Positions 38,701-64,000 of a stretch of 64,000 nt of DNA are shown here, piece after piece. Position 1 is the stretch's first letter, and the number at the start of each line of letters is the position of its first letter. A model generated the notes under the pieces. It was not told where the DNA came from. It worked only from the letters and a program-made list of their open reading frames with translations, and did not search any database. The position numbers and the translations under genes are program-made. This DNA comes from Paraspadella gotoi (Eukaryota > Animalia > Chaetognatha): NCBI GenBank assembly GCA_051294375.1, contig CM119265.1:3332686-3396685 (forward strand), in the 5' to 3' direction.

Positions 38701-41700
38701 ATCCTCGTGGCCTCCAAGACGCATCAGGAGCATGAACAGCACCTTCGGGAAGTGTTCGACACTCTCCATCAGAATGGACTGGTCGTCAATCGACAAAAAT
38801 GCGTTCTCGGCAAGTCGGAGCTTGACTTCTTGGGCTACAGAGTCGACGCCAATGGTATCGCGCCCTTACCGGACCGAGTCACCGCCATCAGTGAGACGAC
38901 CCCACCCACAACCATCAAAGAACTTCAAAGATTCCTCGGCCTTGTAAATTACTACAGACGCTTCATTCCGCGCTCAGCCCACCATCTCTACCCTCTTTTC
39001 GAAGCTTTGAAGTCAAAAACAAGACCACGCACGTTGGACTGGACCCAAGACTGCCAAAAAGCATTCGAGGCCATCAAAAATGCTTTATCCCAAGCTACAA
39101 TGCTCAGCCACCCGCGTCCAGATGCTTCAATAGCAATTACATCCGATGCCTCCAACACCGCCATCGGCGCGGTATTAGAGCAACGAGGCCCCAAGGGTTG
39201 GGAACCCTTAGCATTTTTTTCAGCAAAGCTTCATAAAAACCAGCAGTTATGGCCCCCTTTCGACCGCGAGCTTCTCGCGGCCTGGCGCGCAGTTCGGCAT
39301 TTCAAACCCATGATCGAAGGAAGAAAATTCACCTTGTATACAGATCACAAGTCGCTAGTTCCTGCCCTTTCCAAAAAGACCGAACCTCACACGGCCCGAC
39401 AAACGTATCAACTCGCCGGTATTGCAGAATATACTACCGACATCCAGTATTTGGCCGGGAAAGCTAATGTCGTTGCCGACTCCCTCTCACGCCCTAACGT
39501 AGAGAAGGAACCGAATCCCAATCCTCCCCCTCCTCCCCCCTCTCCCTCTCCTATCCCACAACCTCTCTTTCCCTCTTTCTCTGCCCCCAAAACCCTCCCT
39601 CCTCCCATAATAGCGTCAATCTCCAAAGAGGTCCCTGCCGAAAAGCAACAACTCCTCGGCCAATTTGCATGTTCGATACTCCAGCACGGCATCGACCTCG
39701 AAAGAATGGCAGTTGACCAACCGCTTGACGCCGAGTACCAACGCATCTCGACTGATGCATCCTCTGGCCTTCGTTTCCGAAAAATTCCTCTCGGGTCATC
39801 GTCAATCATCGTCGACGTCAGTAATGGCCCGCCACGCCCATTTGTTCCCTACTCATGGCGCCGACGTGTTTTCGACGCCATCCACAACCTTGGCCATCCC
39901 GGCATTGAAAGAACTCGACAGACAGTCGCCGAGAAATTCGTGTGGCCGTCTATGCGCGCCGAAATATCGAAATGGGCAAGAGAATGTCAAAATTGTCAGC
40001 GAGCGAAGGTGACCCGCAACACCATCCCCGAGATTGGCACCTTTGAACTTCCCGAGCGTCGATTCAGCCACGTACATGTCGACATTGTGAAATTACCTCC
40101 ATCAAACGGCTTCAGTTACATCCTTACGGCCGTCGACCGTTTTACCCGATGGCCCGTCGCTATCCCAATCAAGGATATCATGGCCAAGACCGTCATCGAC
40201 GCCTTCGTCCATGGCTGGATCGCGTCATTCGGCGTTCCAACTACCGTCACGACCGACCGAGGTTCTCAATTCTTATCCTCGATGTGGACTCAACTCCTTA
40301 AATCATGGGGAATCACTCACAATCCAACGACCGCTTATCATCCACAATCAAACGGACTCGTCGAGCGTTTCCACCGCCGCTTGAAGGAGTCCTTGATCGC
40401 CCTCGGCGCCGACACTAAAGGCGACTGGTACTGGCGTCTCCCCTGCTCACTATTGGCTATTAGGACAACGCTCAAACCCGACGTGGGCGCCACTCCCGCC
40501 GAATTAGTGTACGGCGAAGCAATCGCCATTCCGGGCGACATCCTCTCGGCCCCGATCAGCGGCGATGCCAACGAACGAGAACAACGCCGTCGAACTCTAG
40601 CAAATCTGCAATTAGAAGTTTCGCGCCTACAACCTGCACCAACGACGACTCATCGCCAACCTCGTGTCCACGTCCCCGACGCCCTCCACAACGCATCCCA
40701 CGTCTTCGTCAGGCGTGGCGGCGTGGCGCCAACATTGGCGGCGCCATATTTGGGACCTTATCGCGTAATTTCCCGAGACGAATTAACATTCAAAGTCGCG
40801 ATCCCGGGACGCGCGAATGAAAATATCTCGATTTCACGTCTGAAACCGGCGTTCGAAGCTGACGACGACGCCGCAGCCGGCGCCAGTTCACCTAACACGC
40901 CTTCAACGCCTCCCCCTCCTCCTCCTCCGGGTCGTCGCCCGCGAACTCGCACGCGTAGACCGGCTCCATCAGATCGAGTCCTCCGTTCGAGTACAAATCA
41001 AGAGCGAGATCGAGATCATCCTCCTCCTCCTCCTCCTCTCTCTCCTCCTCCCCCTCCTTCACCACTTCCCCCAGCACCACCTTCCTCCTCCCCAACCTTT
41101 AATGCTTTCTCCCTTAACGAATTCCCGCCGTTAAAACCAAACATAAACAAATCTCCTCAAAAAGTAAACAAAGAAGATTCACTCGAACCAAACGGCACCA
41201 GAACCGACTCTTCAACCGCGCCAGGTCACAGCGTCAACCCGAAGCGACGCTCATATGCAACGGTCCTCGCCCACGTCCTTCATCAAATCGAAAACGAAGA
41301 CCAGCAAGTTCAACAAACTCGAACGGCTCAGTGATTTATTTACTTACTCAAATCAAATTTAAAAGTATCTATTACCAAAACTTTAATATTTTTAATGATA
41401 CCGTTTTAAATAGTTATGATTAATTATTATTGTTACCGCTACCACTCTTTATTATTGTTACCGTTTTTATCATCGTTACTGCCATGATCACCAATGGCAA
41501 CAATTTATCACCATTTGATTTTGTTACCTGTCCTATCGCTATACTCGTTACCTTCCCACGTTTTAAGATAAAGTATTTAGTCACGTTTTTACTTTCTAAA
41601 TAAAAGTAGTTTGTACAAACGCAAAGGCAAAAATAATTTTAGAAAAAATCACGCCAAAGTTTTCTTTCCCGTATTTTATCTGGGGGGCGTGTAGTCTTTG

Positions 41701-42637
41701 CCCCTGGCACCAAAATAATATGTCTCGCCATCGGGATTCGATCATGTACCTAACGAATCACGATCCACCGCCTTTACCTATTTCGGCCACTTGGCACTAT
41801 TATCAATAAGCATCCAAAAGCCGGAATAATGATATTGCGAGTTTTATGATCAATGATCTTTTGTTATATTAGTCCCATTGGCGGCCGCCTCTGTCACTAT
41901 TTATCAAGATGACTTTATATTATGAAGCAGACGCTTTTAGTTAATGTAAGAGACATATTTTCTGATTCCTGTCACTTGCCTTTTTTATCCTGTCGGTGCC
42001 AGGGTTATTCACCATCTACATGTTTAGAACTAATGTTTAGGACTAATGTTTAGGACTAATGTTTAGGACTAATGTTTAGGACTAATTGCTATTTTAAACT
42101 AATGTTTAGGAACTAATGTTTAGCACTAATGTTTAGGAACTACTGTTTTAGGAACTAATTTTTTAACTAATGTTTAGGACTAATGTTTAGCAACTATGTT
42201 TAGGACTAATGTTTAGGACTAATTTTTGAAACTAATGTTTAGGAACAATGGTTTAGAACTAATGTTTAGAAGCTAATGTTTAGGACTAATGTTTATAACT
42301 AATGGTTTAGAACTAATGGTTTAGCACTAATGTTTAGGACTAATGTTTAGGACTAATGTTTTGAACTAATGTTTAGGATCGGTTGACGAAAAGAAGACAA
42401 GAACTGGAGAAATGGGAAGAAAGACTTGAAACGGTTCTCATGTTTTTCCTTTTATTAGTTTGTTTGGTGTTAGTGAAATATAATTATAAATATTGAATTA
42501 TTTAGAATTCTTTAGATTTTTTGCCTCGGATTAAAATTTTTTTTTATAAAGAACTATAAAATATATAATAAATGACTAGTAAAATGAATTACCACGTTAC
42601 TAAATTACGAGCTACACCATGTTCATTTTTTTATCTT

Positions 42638-42718
<81 letters not shown>

Positions 42719-43697
42719 CCTCACCCCCCAAGACCAAAGAGCTTACCTTCAGCATGGAGCAAAACCAAGAATACACCAAAAAATCCATCGCGGACAAGAT
42801 CCCGCAGAAGATGGTCCTTCAGTCGCGAATCTACGCGCGGAATCAGCGGCCCGACATCGAGAACTGTCGGGCTGCTGCGCAGAATCGGCTGCTCTGCGGC
42901 TCCGGGGATTTCGACAAGACGACGGCGGAGCTGACGGAGACGCTGCGGGACATCGAGCTGCGGCTGAGGCAGTTTATGGTGAGGAAAAGATTTGGGGACG
43001 GAATGCGAGGATGACTTGTGAAGGCGTATGCGGTTCTCTTTACTCAAAAGAATTTAAATTTAACCTTAATATTTTAACCTAAAAATATTCTCAGACTTAT
43101 AACCCGATTCCTCACTCAAATTCCTATTTCTAATCCCTAACCTAATCTCTAGCCTAATCCCTAACCTACTCACTAACCCTAATCTTTAACTGATACAATT
43201 AACCTAATTCCAAATTTAAGATGAAAAGAGGCGTTCTTGGAAAATAAGACTGCATATGCTATCGGTACGAGATACCGGAGGAATAAAATTCATAATACTT
43301 AATGTCTTTTATGACACCTATCATTACTTTTGTGACAGGCTCAACGTCGAGAATTGACTGACAAGATTATGATGACGAAAAAGTCTATTTACATCGACGA
43401 AGATCAGTGCTTGAGGTAAACACTAAACAAAACCATTGTGGAATTAGGGTCTTAAGTTGATATTGAATAATTCACTGTGGAATAAAACTAAAAAGGTCTC
43501 TTTTAAATTATTGCTAAAAAATAATGCATATATTCTGTGGATTGAGATTGAGAAAAAACAGTGTAACTAGAATTCAACAAATATAAAGCTTGTTCTTTCT
43601 GTAAATCAGTAAATCATTATAAAAGTCATATCTGACTCTTACTTCCTCCAGGGCTCGAGAAAGCATTTACATCGAACCACGAAAACCAACCTACTAA
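26735..43697 (+). CDS. Tektin (tektin-3/4/5-like ciliary filament protein). Well-supported exons: 28586-28677, 29836-29896, 30203-30399, 30766-30909, 31452-31617, 42377-42433, 42733-42978, 43339-43415, 43652-43697; tentative 5' exons 26735-26778 and 27633-~27884
   Basis: GT-AG exons join in phase: VRTDFANKRADTNSASVDKKVEQRLWDIEYW-YEELERETLEMDKEVNRLYK-SKRHLAKSLRETDIPLEMALKCIEWRDRRSGTDCVLDDIQKELYKEV...-FYPGIEKEDPT-ISYPETW...SQAER...-DRLTKRR...-RIYARNQRPDIENCR (tektin RPNVELCRD-like)-KKSIYIDEDQCLR-ARESIYIEPRKPTY*. The join between the tentative 5' exons and 28586 is unresolved. Confidence 0.88.
26849..27455 (-). mobile_element. MITE-like element, copy 2 (in the putative first tektin intron)
   Basis: Reverse complement of 6710-7322 with scattered substitutions. 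Confidence 0.75.
28730..29628. mobile_element. ~2.8 head-to-tail units of the ~320 bp element in a tektin intron
   Basis: atgaaattggtacaacc recurs at ~28730, 29048 and 29365. Confidence 0.9.
30975..31470 (+). repeat. ~74-bp minisatellite whose last unit provides the tektin splice acceptor at 31450-31451
   Basis: Unit aatctcctatcctgagactttaggccacatctgacaaacctctaccatggcctcttaatccgcccccaattcag; AG at 31302, 31376 and 31450 (74-bp spacing). Confidence 0.85.
32000..32417 (+). repeat. 13-bp minisatellite (actaatgtttagR)n; inverted block at 33422-34305 and continuation at 42021-42376
   Basis: Tandem units visible directly. Confidence 0.95.
32518..32698 (-). mobile_element. Probable tRNA-derived SINE fragment
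   Basis: Minus strand has B-box-like GGGTTCAATCCC in a GC-richer island and a perfect 10-bp hairpin cttcagtgac/gtcactgaag; no complete cloverleaf. Confidence 0.45.
33099..33421 (-). repeat. Inverted copy of the Gypsy LTR (the displaced 5' LTR)
   Basis: Reverse complement of 41690-42013; its TG end abuts the 13-bp satellite ending in tgtt. Confidence 0.9.
33422..36283 (-). other. Indel-rich inverted duplicate of ~30148-32417 (three tektin exons plus satellites); probable assembly artefact
   Basis: Reverse-complement match with frequent 1-bp indels; starts next to a short N gap. Confidence 0.8.
36303..36315 (+). promoter_or_regulatory. Primer-binding site, tRNA-Trp-like (tggtgagcccgac)
   Basis: Follows the LTR-end ctaca by 2 nt; one mismatch to TGGTGACCCCGAC, the complement of the eukaryotic tRNA-Trp 3' end. 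Confidence 0.7.
36626..37711 (+). CDS. gag: Gypsy Gag
   Basis: KLPDF...LWIQRVEA N-terminal motif, RRPSQLL, LPPEVQ, C-terminal CFYHRKYGDSAKKCEPGC (CHCC knuckle). The true start may be a downstream Met. Confidence 0.9.
   Translation: MSGPAGSTRARLAQLSDSGEASPRRLDQTGHLAPIQGFGFGRGRRSPNVNASQSNFPFPATPPNADPTAMANAPDPQAELVRTLAATLAASLQGLAIRKPKLPDFDADNVDLWIQRVEAAYTRAGTTSAKEKFAHLEDKFSVDYNPRINAFLFGAATDTRWIEFLDYLRSEYGRTRSQQAASLIDGTRREGRRPSQLLAVMKEKAGKVSVDDILKELLLRELPPEVQRSLAERVETVDAETAARFADAYFDREGKMLHPAAPNPIYTVQPPIPPLMQDETPQIDDVNAVNQQRSSQPNRRFQSNSRRPVNAERAPTSQPQQQKTTRVEICFYHRKYGDSAKKCEPGCYRQLSENGKAGGRR
37663..41334 (+). CDS. pol: Gypsy Pol (protease-RT-RNase H-integrase), expressed by -1 frameshift from gag
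   Basis: LVDGGA...ILGSDFL protease; WASPL, FSKIDL, PFGLKNA, YIDD RT; TSDAS/RELLA/YTDH/NVVADSLSR RNase H; HNLGH..CQNC zinc finger; VHVDIV/TTDRGSQF/GLVERFHR DDE integrase. Confidence 0.95.
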   Translation: MLPSTLGKREGRREEVNAIPTGHIDSKDSLLFVHDADNRLNWLVDGGATVSIIPPTKDEREKGETSTKLKAANGSHIACFGYKDVQVRLGSRRFHFTMTIADVTQPILGSDFLAEHYLAPNHRDGFLFDLQDFSTIIASKANKKHSIRINFVHQADDPYYKLMDTYHDLCTPSFQPTEPKHGVRHYIPTTGRPVQSRARRLAPDKLEVAKKELDKLCELGIARRAKSEWASPLLVVNKPDGGYRVCGDFRRLNNATLDDKYPVKTLNDFNANLSGKKVFSKIDLLKGYHQIPVAEQDVAKTGVITPFGLYVFPRTPFGLKNAGQDFQRLMDEILDGLPFVFVYIDDILVASKTHQEHEQHLREVFDTLHQNGLVVNRQKCVLGKSELDFLGYRVDANGIAPLPDRVTAISETTPPTTIKELQRFLGLVNYYRRFIPRSAHHLYPLFEALKSKTRPRTLDWTQDCQKAFEAIKNALSQATMLSHPRPDASIAITSDASNTAIGAVLEQRGPKGWEPLAFFSAKLHKNQQLWPPFDRELLAAWRAVRHFKPMIEGRKFTLYTDHKSLVPALSKKTEPHTARQTYQLAGIAEYTTDIQYLAGKANVVADSLSRPNVEKEPNPNPPPPPPSPSPIPQPLFPSFSAPKTLPPPIIASISKEVPAEKQQLLGQFACSILQHGIDLERMAVDQPLDAEYQRISTDASSGLRFRKIPLGSSSIIVDVSNGPPRPFVPYSWRRRVFDAIHNLGHPGIERTRQTVAEKFVWPSMRAEISKWARECQNCQRAKVTRNTIPEIGTFELPERRFSHVHVDIVKLPPSNGFSYILTAVDRFTRWPVAIPIKDIMAKTVIDAFVHGWIASFGVPTTVTTDRGSQFLSSMWTQLLKSWGITHNPTTAYHPQSNGLVERFHRRLKESLIALGADTKGDWYWRLPCSLLAIRTTLKPDVGATPAELVYGEAIAIPGDILSAPISGDANEREQRRRTLANLQLEVSRLQPAPTTTHRQPRVHVPDALHNASHVFVRRGGVAPTLAAPYLGPYRVISRDELTFKVAIPGRANENISISRLKPAFEADDDAAAGASSPNTPSTPPPPPPPGRRPRTRTRRPAPSDRVLRSSTNQERDRDHPPPPPPLSPPPPPSPLPPAPPSSSPTFNAFSLNEFPPLKPNINKSPQKVNKEDSLEPNGTRTDSSTAPGHSVNPKRRSYATVLAHVLHQIENEDQQVQQTRTAQ
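37681..37729 (+). promoter_or_regulatory. Putative programmed -1 ribosomal frameshift signal
   Basis: G_GAA_AAC heptamer in the gag frame (37681-37687), 5-nt spacer, then stem ggccggcggga...tcccg(a)ccggcc. Confidence 0.7.
41690..42020 (+). repeat. Gypsy 3' LTR (331 bp)
   Basis: TGTAG...CTACA terminal inverted repeats, preceded by the PPT. Confidence 0.9.
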
Positions 43698-44081
43698 ATT
43701 GCATAAAGTTTTCACTAATTGTTTCTGAACTAACATTTCTACATTTGTAGTGAAGTAGCAAGTATTTATTCATAAAAAATAATTTAAAATTATAATTCAA
43801 AACAGTAAAAGATGTATCGGATGAGAAACGGAAAAAAAATGTTCATATAAAAGGTTTGTATAGTGTATTATATTGTATTGTGTAGTATATTGTAGTATAA
43901 TATTACTTCTGTGTCATTAGATAGTCAATGTGGTAAAAATTCTTATATAAATAAAATCCAGAAAGAAATTTCAGTTTTCAATTTTATTCACGATAAATTT
44001 AGTTCCTAGATTTTTTACTTTCTCAACATTTTGTGATTTTACTTTGTAATCAGGTGACAGTGTAACACTTCCTTCTCTTTT

Positions 44082-59832
<15,751 letters not shown>

Positions 59833-60747
59833 TCTAGTCTTTGTCGTCGGAACCGCGAGGAAACGCGGATGGAAAAACCTTTTAAGTTTTTGTCTTGTAA
59901 TGTAAATGTAAATAAAAAAACAATACTTAACGATTTTGTTTTTTATGTGTTCAACTTTTCAAAAATTAAGAGACTGAAGAGACAGTAATTATTGATAAGT
60001 GTTAATGACAGANNNNNNNNNNNNNNNNNNNNNNNNNNNNNNNNNNNNNNNNNNNNNNNNNNNNNNNNNNNNNNNNNNNNNNNNNNNNNNNNNNNNNNNN
60101 NNNNNNNNNNNNNNNNNNNNNNNNNNNNNNNNNNNNNNNNNNNNNNNNNNNNNNNNNNNNNNNNNNNNNNNNNNNNNNNNNNNNNNNNNNNNNNNNNNNN
60201 NNNNNNNNNNNNNNNNNNNNNNNNNNNNNNNNNNNNNNNNNNNNNNNNNNNNNNNNNNNNNNNNNNNNNNNNNNNNNNNNNNNNNNNNNNNNNNNNNNNN
60301 NNNNNNNNNNNNNNNNNNNNNNNNNNNNNNNNNNNNNNNNNNNNNNNNNNNNNNNNNNNAATATAAGCAGTCCCTGAGCTTCGGATCAGGCTGATGAACG
60401 GTTGGTGGATTTTAGTCCACCATAAGACGCAATTAGTTATCGCAATGAACAACAATAATAAGAAAAATGGCTAAGGGTTCGGTTAGAGATTTTGTCAAAA
60501 ATAGGTCGCTTTCGGAAAATAGTGCCGGTCCAGGGCTTGATTCTGCTGACGAATTATGCGGTTTTTTCGGTTAATTTAAATATTTTAAGATCGTTTGTTC
60601 AATATAAATTAACTTTTCGCTCAGATTTTTACCTGGATTTTAATTAAGTTCGAAAATCGAGATTTCGATATTTTTTTTCAATTCGATGTTTGAGATGAAA
60701 AAAAAAAATGGTTTCGATTTGAAGGCTTTTTTTTCGTGTGAAGTTAA

Positions 60748-60830
<83 letters not shown>

Positions 60831-61001
60831 CTCTCGCTCTCTCTCTCCCTCGCTCTATATCGTTCGCTCGTGGATTTAAGCCGTTATGCGCGCGCGGGGC
60901 CAAAAGTAAACAACTCGATCGGTGCACTTGTATGCAAAAAGGAACCTTGTGTACAATTTGACAAGAAGCGATACGGAAAGAGAATGGGGAAAAGATAGAG
61001 A

Positions 61002-61044
<43 letters not shown>

Positions 61045-61848
61045 TCTTCCAGCCTATACGACCGTTTTCTCCCAAGAGACGCGAATAGGAAGAGAATTTA
61101 ATTTTCAATTTTAAAAGAAAAAAAATTATTTCTTCGTTTCTTTTCTTTGTTTCTTTTCTGTTTTATCTTTTTTTTTTTTAAATTTCCGCTTCTTTGATTT
61201 TTATTTCCAGACGAAAGAGAAAAAGTTGCAGGCTTTCAAGATTTTCTCATCACGAATGCGTTCGGAGGCGAAACTGTATTTCATTTAAAGTTTAAATCTT
61301 TTGTTGGGGGCAAGACTGTATTTCATCAACAGTCAAATCTTTTGTTTGGAGGGGAAAATGTATCTAATCTAATTTTAATTTTTTTTAACTGTAATTTACA
61401 GTGTAAAGTTTAAATATTTAATAGGGAGACGAAACTGTATTTCAACAGTTTTTAATTATAACTGTATGAACGACACTTTTATTTCATTAAGTTTCTATGT
61501 TTTTTCCTTCTTTGTTCGGACCCAATGTAATGTATAAAGCCCTTTGATAACACTATCTGAAATTCAGGTAATGAATTTAATAAAAAACATTACTGAGTTA
61601 GAAACGAATCTTTACTTTACGATCAATTTTCAAATCTTTCTTAATCTGATTAATAAAAATGTTGAGCCAACATTTGGCGACAAATATATTTAATATAATC
61701 TCGTAACTTAATTGGAGAGAGAAATTGAGTAAGGGAGGGAGAGAAAAAGAGAGAGAGTGAGAGAGAGAGAGAGAGAGAGAGATAGAGAGAGAGATAGAAT
61801 AGTCGTTTTGATAATGGTCGTGAACGTTTTTAGAAATCTTACATATAT

Positions 61849-62128
61849 AGTACAATATAGTATTCCCCGATCTAATATTTAAGGGAGTGGTCTATTCATA
61901 CAATTGAAACATTCTTTGAAACATTATACCACTTCATTGATAGGGGAGCCAGGTATTCGGGGAGTGAATAAACGAGACTGTGAGAGAGTCTTGATTGAAA
62001 CCTTGCAGGGACCTGCTATGTCGTTATCTTGTAAGAGCGATGGAGGTCCTAAACGACCAAGTCAGGGACAAGATAGCCTATTTATTAAATAAATTGATAA
62101 TTCTTATATTGGTTGTACCAATTTCATA
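61849..62128. mobile_element. ~0.85-unit diverged copy of the ~320 bp element
   Basis: Ends at the fixed end ggttgtaccaatttcata. Confidence 0.85.
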
Positions 62129-62433
62129 TTATTTTTTTTTCTGTAAAAGTTCCTTTGACTTTATGTGGTTTTTAATTCAAAATGTCATTAACCCTATCAT
62201 CTCACGACAATTAGCGTATTCAACCTACGCCTACCCAGTCCCCAGTCACCCTCCCCATTTCCTCACTTTTCCCCCCTCTCGCGGTTCGTTGAAAAACCAC
62301 AAATTCTCTGGAACAGAAGAACAGCTCGATTAAAAAGGAATTAAAAGGAGACGAAAGGAAAGGAAGGAGTGATTCGGATTCCCTTTAATTAGTGAGAGAG
62401 AGATGGAGAGCCACGAAAACGCTACTAATGAGC

Positions 62434-62538
<105 letters not shown>

Positions 62539-62630
62539 TCCACTCAACGCGGTTCTCCGGTTCCACGATCGAATAAAGCGGCCTTTTTGAAATCCCAACC
62601 AAAATGTGTCGCTGCCGGTTTGTTGATAAT

Positions 62631-62699
<69 letters not shown>

Positions 62700-63635
62700 G
62701 CATAGGAATATCCGTCTCACGTTGCCATCGAGATTCCATCAAATCAGTGGAAACCGAATGAGATTCTGTTTTTGTGTAAAAAAAACACAAAAACCAAAAA
62801 AAACAAAACACAAAGCAAACAAACAATAAAAAAAAACACGAAAAACACGACATAACAATCTTCCCCTTACTATATCTGTTCTCTAGTATTATTTGTTTGT
62901 ATCGAAATTGTTAAAAAGGAATTTTAAGTTAAGTATTTTAGAAAACAACAATGCTTGAAATCGTTATTTTTGCTTTTAATATAAAAATTTTATATGACAT
63001 AAAAATTAAGAGAAAGGCAGATTAATTATCACTAAAATTAAAATTCTATAAAATTTACAATGGTTAATCTTAGCCAATAATCATTAAGATTTCATAATAT
63101 TTCACAGTGTCGATACCATAGTCGGGTTGGGCGTTTAGACTCTTTTATATTTTGTAAATCATAACTTAAGCAGGGTGCGAAACCCTAGTTGTTTCGTTCA
63201 AAAAGTGCGTAGGGAGAATCGCTCGCCACTTACGTCTTCTAAGGTGCTACTGCTTTTCGAAGAGTGGCGGCCGCCAGGGTTTTTTCATTGTATGATGTAT
63301 ATATGATGTATATATAGTATATTGGATTTGTCACTCAAATTATATATTTCTATCATTTTGTTAGTCCTGTATTGAAAAACAATTTGATTTCAAGAATAAC
63401 TTCAATTAATTTCAATTAATAGATGCTCATTTTTAGAATAGGCGACGAGGCTTAAGACTTTAAGTCGTTTCAAAACATCAATTTTTCAGAATCGCCTCTT
63501 TGATGGATTCGGGTTCAACATGCGCAGAATGGCCCACTTCAAGGAATCAGGGTAAGACGAGTGGATATCCAAATCCCAGCCACTCCACCTCAACACGTCC
63601 TTAATAGTGATTTATTACAGGGATTATTATTATTA

Positions 63636-63687
<52 letters not shown>

Positions 63688-64000
63688 ATGATTATAACTA
63701 TTATAATTATTATTATCATATTTATTACTATCATAATCATTATATCACAATAATTCATTTTATCATCGATTATTTCAAGTACTATTTTCACTAGCGAGAT
63801 TCAATTTGGTTTAATCTCTTACATATTCATCCTCGAATAGATGAGTTACCCCGTTGCAGTAAAAAAACAATACGGCGCCAAGCGAAAACACATCAGCCGG
63901 AAACGAATATCTAATAGAAAAAAAATATTTATAATCCACAAAAAAGTCGTATTAACTATGTAATAAGGCGTAGTGAAAGTTACATACAAAAATTCTAAAA

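Larger units (their letters stand above)
36290..42020 (+). mobile_element. Ty3/Gypsy LTR retrotransposon, CsRn1/Kabuki/Boudicca-type, intact ORFs
   Basis: PBS, gag, -1 pol, G-rich PPT at 41681-41689, 3' LTR tgtag...ctaca at 41690-42020, inferred 4-bp TSD tgtt; CHCC gag motif and Trp PBS are typical of the CsRn1 clade. Confidence 0.93.

Noticed and set aside
60367-60432. Hammerhead-like GTC-cctga..tcagg-CTGATGA-hairpin
   Set aside because: No GAAA after stem II, and the homolog at 59372 breaks the spacing. A type II topology cannot be tested because the upstream sequence is an N gap.
63490-63551. Isolated AG...GTAAG-bounded possible exon (also a possible minus-strand exon near 947-1048)
   Set aside because: Too short, with no recognisable motif or partner exons in the window.

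Overview
AT-rich, microsatellite-rich metazoan genomic scaffold (spliceosomal introns, N gaps, several stretches that look like low-accuracy long-read gap fill). Host genes reconstructed by eye: a two-exon, elongated XK-related membrane protein (+, 2271-5115), a multi-exon tektin (+, about 26735-43697), a convergent INPP5K/INPP5J-like inositol 5-phosphatase with a SKICH domain (-, 44082-59832), and Kazal-domain exons nested antisense in its large intron. Mobile DNA: an internally deleted BEL/Pao LTR element (7763-13560, 5-bp TSD), an intact CsRn1-type Ty3/Gypsy element with a -1 frameshift signal inside a tektin intron, two copies of a TA-flanked MITE, and tRNA-like SINEs. The most unusual object is a non-coding ~315-325 bp unit present at about ten sites, as partial to ~3x head-to-tail copies with one fixed end and one variable end, including a visible empty/filled site pair. 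Two consecutive tektin splice acceptors are also the last units of minisatellites built from 3' splice sites. Two large inverted duplications (33099-36283 and 50545-58325) are probably assembly or haplotype artefacts.
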